64,000 nt of DNA, taken from Minisyncoccota bacterium (GTDB lineage Bacteria; Patescibacteriota; Minisyncoccia; Phycocordibacterales; Phycocordibacteraceae). How positions within the stretch are numbered: the stretch's first letter is position 1; each line of letters opens with the position of its first letter. The notes under the pieces were generated by a model. The model ran no database searches. It worked only from the letters and a program-made list of their open reading frames with translations, and had not been told where the DNA came from. Below are positions 60,574-64,000 of the stretch, piece after piece. The DNA lies in assembly GCA_035548315.1 (NCBI GenBank), contig DASZTF010000148.1, positions 21,292 to 85,291 of the forward strand. Direction: 5' to 3'. A program made the translations under genes and the position numbers.

Positions 60574-60861
60574 TTAGTTGGTTTTAGCGACGTTCGAGAC
60601 GTTCACCGGAAGCGACTTCTCGATAATACGGCCAGACTGGTTACCGATAGCGCGGGTGTGGCGCTTGTGGACGTTCACGCCCTCCACGATCACCTTGCGA
60701 TCCTTCGGGAATGCGCGGAGCACTTTACCACTCTTCCCCTTGTCCTTGCCGGACAGAAGCTTCACCGTGTCACCCTTCTTGATCTTCATCTTTACCGCCT
60801 TCACCGACTTGATGGTCGGGTACTTTTTATTGCGGATGTTGAGCTTCGTGTACTTTTTCAT
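60574..60861 (-). CDS. rplX: 50S ribosomal protein L24
   Basis: …MKIKKGDTVKLLSGKDKGKSGKVL…. Confidence 0.9.
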   Translation of the reverse strand: MKKYTKLNIRNKKYPTIKSVKAVKMKIKKGDTVKLLSGKDKGKSGKVLRAFPKDRKVIVEGVNVHKRHTRAIGNQSGRIIEKSLPVNVSNVAKTN

Positions 60862-60867
60862 AGGAAG

Positions 60868-61245
60868 TTAGACGATTTCAGGCGCGATGCCGGCAATGTT
60901 TGCCCAGCCCTTCTCCGTGAGCTCGCGCGGGACGGGACCGAATACGCGGTTACCCTTAGGGCCCATTTCTTTACCCTGCTTCTCGATGAGCACGACGGCG
61001 TTGTCATCGAAGGATACGTACGAACCGTCCTTGCGGCGCAGTGGCTTCACCTGGCGGACGATCACGGCCTTATACACGTCCTTCTTCTTCACCGGCTTGC
61101 GCGGCTCAGCCGTCTGCACGGAGACCACGACGACATCCCCGATGCCTGCGTAGCGGCGCTTGCTACCCCCGAGCACCTTGAAGATGCGCGCGACTTTTGC
61201 GCCTGAGTTATCTGCGACGGTGACGATGGTCTGGGGCTGAAGCAT
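60868..61245 (-). CDS. rplN: 50S ribosomal protein L14
   Basis: MLQPQTIVTVADNSGAKVARIFKVLGGS…. Confidence 0.9.
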   Translation of the reverse strand: MLQPQTIVTVADNSGAKVARIFKVLGGSKRRYAGIGDVVVVSVQTAEPRKPVKKKDVYKAVIVRQVKPLRRKDGSYVSFDDNAVVLIEKQGKEMGPKGNRVFGPVPRELTEKGWANIAGIAPEIV

Positions 61246-61256
61246 ACGAGTGAATA

Positions 61257-61499
61257 TTACGCGGCAAGTTTGAAGTGTTTGTTCTTGCTGAGCGGGCGGC
61301 ACGCCACGATCGTGACCTTATCGCCGACCTTCGCAGTGTTACCCGGATCGTGGACCAAGTACTTTTTCGTGCGCGTCTGGTACTTCTTGTACTTCGGGTG
61401 CTTTACGTAGCGGTCCACGGCCACGGTGGCCGTGTCTTTCATCGCCGTCTTTACGACGACGCCGCGGAGAGTCTGGGGACGAATAGTGGTGTTTTCCAT
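61257..61499 (-). CDS. rpsQ: 30S ribosomal protein S17
   Basis: …LRGVVVKTAMKDTATVAVDRYVKHPKYKK…. Confidence 0.88.
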   Translation of the reverse strand: MENTTIRPQTLRGVVVKTAMKDTATVAVDRYVKHPKYKKYQTRTKKYLVHDPGNTAKVGDKVTIVACRPLSKNKHFKLAA

Positions 61500-61506
61500 A
61501 AATGAG

Positions 61507-61695
61507 TTATGCGTTCTGTGCCTTAAGTTCCGTGAGTGCGCGAGCAATGTCGCGCTTCACCTTATGAAACTGCGATGCATCCTTTGCGCGAGCGCCGGCA
61601 GCAGAAAAACGGAGCGTGCGAAGCTCTTCTCGCTTTTCCTTGATGAGCTTCTCGAGCTCAGCCGGCTGCATGGTCTTGGTTGGGTTCTTTTTCAT
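61507..61695 (-). CDS. rpmC: 50S ribosomal protein L29
   Basis: …ELEKLIKEKREELRTLRF…. Confidence 0.85.
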   Translation of the reverse strand: MKKNPTKTMQPAELEKLIKEKREELRTLRFSAAGARAKDASQFHKVKRDIARALTELKAQNA

Positions 61696-61702
61696 ACAAA
61701 GG

Positions 61703-62122
61703 TTAGCGGGCTACCACCGTGGTCTTCATCGGGAGCTTCATGCCCGCCTGGCGGAGTGATGCGCGTGCCTGTGCCTCCGGTACGCCGTCGAGCTCAAAGA
61801 GCACGCGGCCCGGCTGCACCTGGAATACGAATCCCTTCGGATCGCCCTTACCGGAACCCATGCCCACCTCTGCCGGCTTCGCCGTGACCGGGCGGTCTGG
61901 GAATACGCGGATCCACATCTTGCCACCCTTGCCGGTGACGCGAGCGATCACTTTGCGCGCAGATTCGATTTGGTTTGAGGTAAGGCGGGAACCAGTCGTG
62001 GCCTTGAGCGCAAAGGAGCCGAACGCCACGGTGGTACCGCGGGTATCAGGGCGATTGATCTTAGCCGGACTCTTGCGTCCGGTCTGCCACTTGCGATGTT
62101 TTACTTTCTTAGGGAAAAGCAT
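61703..62122 (-). CDS. rplP: 50S ribosomal protein L16
   Basis: MLFPKKVKHRKWQTGR…. Confidence 0.9.
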   Translation of the reverse strand: MLFPKKVKHRKWQTGRKSPAKINRPDTRGTTVAFGSFALKATTGSRLTSNQIESARKVIARVTGKGGKMWIRVFPDRPVTAKPAEVGMGSGKGDPKGFVFQVQPGRVLFELDGVPEAQARASLRQAGMKLPMKTTVVAR

Positions 62123-62128
62123 AGGAAA

Positions 62129-62836
62129 TTATTGGCCGCGCTCACGGCGTGCAGACTGCGGGATCGAGCGGTTCTGATCCTTCTCGAACTGCTCACCCTG
62201 GTAGATCCAGACCTTGATACCGATAGTGCCGTACGGGAGGTACGCGCGCTCGTGTGCAAAGTCGATGTTAGCGCGGAAGGTCTGGAGCGGGATGCGGCCC
62301 TTCTTGATCTGCTCGGTGCGGCTCATATCAGCACCGCCGAGGCGACCCGAGATCACGATGCGGGCACCGAGGACCTCGCGCACGGCCATGACCTTCTCGA
62401 TGGTCTGCTTGAGCACGCGGCGGAACGGCATGCGCTTCTCAAGACCCTCAGCGACCATGTACGCCACCACCGCAGCATCGGTCTCAGGCTGGCGGATCTC
62501 AAGGATGTCGAGCTTCACCGTGCGGCCGTGCTTAGCATCTGCAGCGCGGACGACGTCCGTCACTTCCTTGCGGAGCTTGGTCGCGTTCTCACCCGAGCGG
62601 CCGATCACGAGACCCGGGCGCGCGGTGTGGATGATCACGCGGAGTTCCGTCGCGGTGCGCTCGATCTCAATCTGGCTTGCGTACATACCACGCAGGCGCT
62701 TCCTGAGGAATGCGCGGACAGCCTCGTCGACGCGGAGGTTGTTGCGGAAGCTCTTCTTGTCGCCAGCGAACCAGCGACTGCGCCAATCGCGGATGATGCC
62801 GAGGCGGTGAGCGTAAGGATGTACGGTGTGTGTCAT
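62129..62836 (-). CDS. rpsC: 30S ribosomal protein S3
   Basis: MTHTVHPYAHRLGIIRDWRSRWFA… KH domain. Confidence 0.9.
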   Translation of the reverse strand: MTHTVHPYAHRLGIIRDWRSRWFAGDKKSFRNNLRVDEAVRAFLRKRLRGMYASQIEIERTATELRVIIHTARPGLVIGRSGENATKLRKEVTDVVRAADAKHGRTVKLDILEIRQPETDAAVVAYMVAEGLEKRMPFRRVLKQTIEKVMAVREVLGARIVISGRLGGADMSRTEQIKKGRIPLQTFRANIDFAHERAYLPYGTIGIKVWIYQGEQFEKDQNRSIPQSARRERGQ

Positions 62837-62843
62837 ACGAAAA

Positions 62844-63161
62844 TTATGCGAGCGTGATGGATACGCGGGACTTCTTGCGGCGGATCGGGGTCGCACGGCC
62901 CTGGGCGCGCGGCATGTAGCGGACCATCATACCGTCGGAATCGACGATGATGTTCTTGATCTTGAGATTTGCTACGTCCTCACCCTTGGCCTTGGCATTC
63001 GCGACCGCGGACTCGATGAGCTTTTTGACCGGAAGCGAGGCGCGCTTCGGGAGGAACGAGAGCGCCACGAGCGCCTCCTTGACCGACTTGCCCTTCACGA
63101 GCTCCGTCACGAGGCGGACCTTGCGCGGTGACTGGTTGTATTTACGAAGTTCCGCCTTCAT
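62844..63161 (-). CDS. rplV: 50S ribosomal protein L22
   Basis: MKAELRKYNQSPRKVRLV…. Confidence 0.9.
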   Translation of the reverse strand: MKAELRKYNQSPRKVRLVTELVKGKSVKEALVALSFLPKRASLPVKKLIESAVANAKAKGEDVANLKIKNIIVDSDGMMVRYMPRAQGRATPIRRKKSRVSITLA

Positions 63162-63164
63162 ACC

Positions 63165-63500
63165 TTATTTCTTAGCAGCCGGCGCAGCGGCTTTCGCAGC
63201 AGCGATCTGGCTCTCAGCCTGCTTGGTCTCGAGCTCCTTCTGCATCTTGCCGCCGTGGCGCTGGAACTTCTTGGTCGGCGAGAATTCGCCGAGGCGATGC
63301 CCCACCATCTCTTCCGAGACGAGGACTTCTACGAAGGTCTTGCCGTTGTGGACGCCGAAGGTGAAACCGACCATTTCCGGGGCGATCTGGCTCCCGCGCG
63401 CCCACGTCTTGACCACACCAGAAGCCGACGGCTTTTTGCCGCTTACCTTCTTGAGCAATTTGACGTCCACATAGGGACCTTTCTTGAGTGATCGAGACAT
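63165..63500 (-). CDS. rpsS: 30S ribosomal protein S19 (with Ala/Lys-rich C-terminal tail)
   Basis: [19 protein letters not shown]…; first gene of the cluster here. Confidence 0.88.
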   Translation of the reverse strand: MSRSLKKGPYVDVKLLKKVSGKKPSASGVVKTWARGSQIAPEMVGFTFGVHNGKTFVEVLVSEEMVGHRLGEFSPTKKFQRHGGKMQKELETKQAESQIAAAKAAAPAAKK

Positions 63501-63640
63501 GTAAAAGCCCGCGGGGCGGGATAGAAGTAAGATACAGGACCTAAGCAAAACCGTCAAATTACAGCTGCGAGGTCTTGACATGGATATGGTATAATACATC
63601 TTCCCCAGGGCTTCATTATGCTGAGTGGTACACTCGATGT

Positions 63641-64000
63641 ATGACATTCACGCGCGAGGCGATTATCGGTTTTGTAGTCCTTATTATCATCATTATTGGC
63701 ATTAGTTGGTACGCGCTTACCCGCCCCATGACCGCCACGGCCCCGGGTACGGCCACCACCACTCCCCCGACCGGGAACGCCACCGACCCCGCGCACCTCA
63801 CGGATAGTGGCGAGTTCTACACGGTCGACACCCAGTACCCGAGCGAGACGGCACTCGCCGGCCTCCCCGACAGCGCGGATGTAAACGCCGTCGCGCTCAT
63901 GAAGCAGTGGGAGATCGACACGATCGCGGACTACAAGACAAATTGGACCGACCTCGGCGCGGACTTTGAAGCTCACCTGCGCGACGAACACCTCAAGGGC
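63641..64000 (+). CDS. Membrane-anchored protein, 5' part (ORF continues past window end)
   Basis: Hand translation [43 protein letters not shown]…; not in the ORF track because no stop lies within the window. Confidence 0.45.
   Translation, partial: MTFTREAIIGFVVLIIIIIGISWYALTRPMTATAPGTATTTPPTGNATDPAHLTDSGEFYTVDTQYPSETALAGLPDSADVNAVALMKQWEIDTIADYKTNWTDLGADFEAHLRDEHLKG

Overview
Organism and overall content: The window is GC-rich (roughly 60%), coding-dense bacterial DNA with genome-reduced features: many small membrane or secreted proteins, a ribosomal cluster lacking L30, and a secretin-less type IV pilus locus. It looks like a monoderm, possibly CPR/Patescibacteria-like bacterium; this is an inference. 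What I can support from sequence, in order along the window: (1) Positions 1-4500 are a lower-GC block (about 48-50%). It holds a partial multi-TM sensor histidine kinase, a Cys-rich anchored peptide, an unknown 270-aa protein and the start of a run of small secreted proteins. (2) Positions 2300-9900 form a secretome island ending in a 1012-aa surface protein with a peptidoglycan-binding tail. (3) tRNA-Met(CAU), gatA, gatC and ligA follow. (4) Positions 14.4-29.8 kb are a complete type IV pilus / competence-like locus: 4 minor pilins, PilD, 3 major-type pilins, a GtrA/GT2/GT-C glycosylation triad wedged between pilin genes, PilC, PilT, a CheY-like receiver, PilB, PilO- and PilN-like proteins, PilM, and divergent ComFC. 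(5) Next come cupredoxin-like and DoxX proteins, tRNA-Ser(GCU), a histidine phosphatase, malic enzyme and RecG. (6) Then a GXSXG protein, tRNA-Ile(UAU) and pyrD-pyrC. (7) Between pyrC and ftsH lies a complete, unlisted mini-gene: promoter, Shine-Dalgarno sequence, a 42-aa single-TM peptide and a terminator. (8) ftsH, smpB and tmRNA follow, then an AT-rich, GC-chimeric region carrying a TspO/MBR gene and a DoxX gene. (9) infC-rpmI-rplT come next. (10) The window ends with an S10/spc/secY-adk-map ribosomal cluster that is atypical in four ways: it starts at rpsS, has no rpmD, carries an extra gene plus an intrinsic terminator between rplE and rpsN, and has gmk between secY and adk. Caveats: many listed ORFs on the strand opposite real genes are GC-rich shadow ORFs and were discarded. 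All coordinates and starts are by eye and untested.
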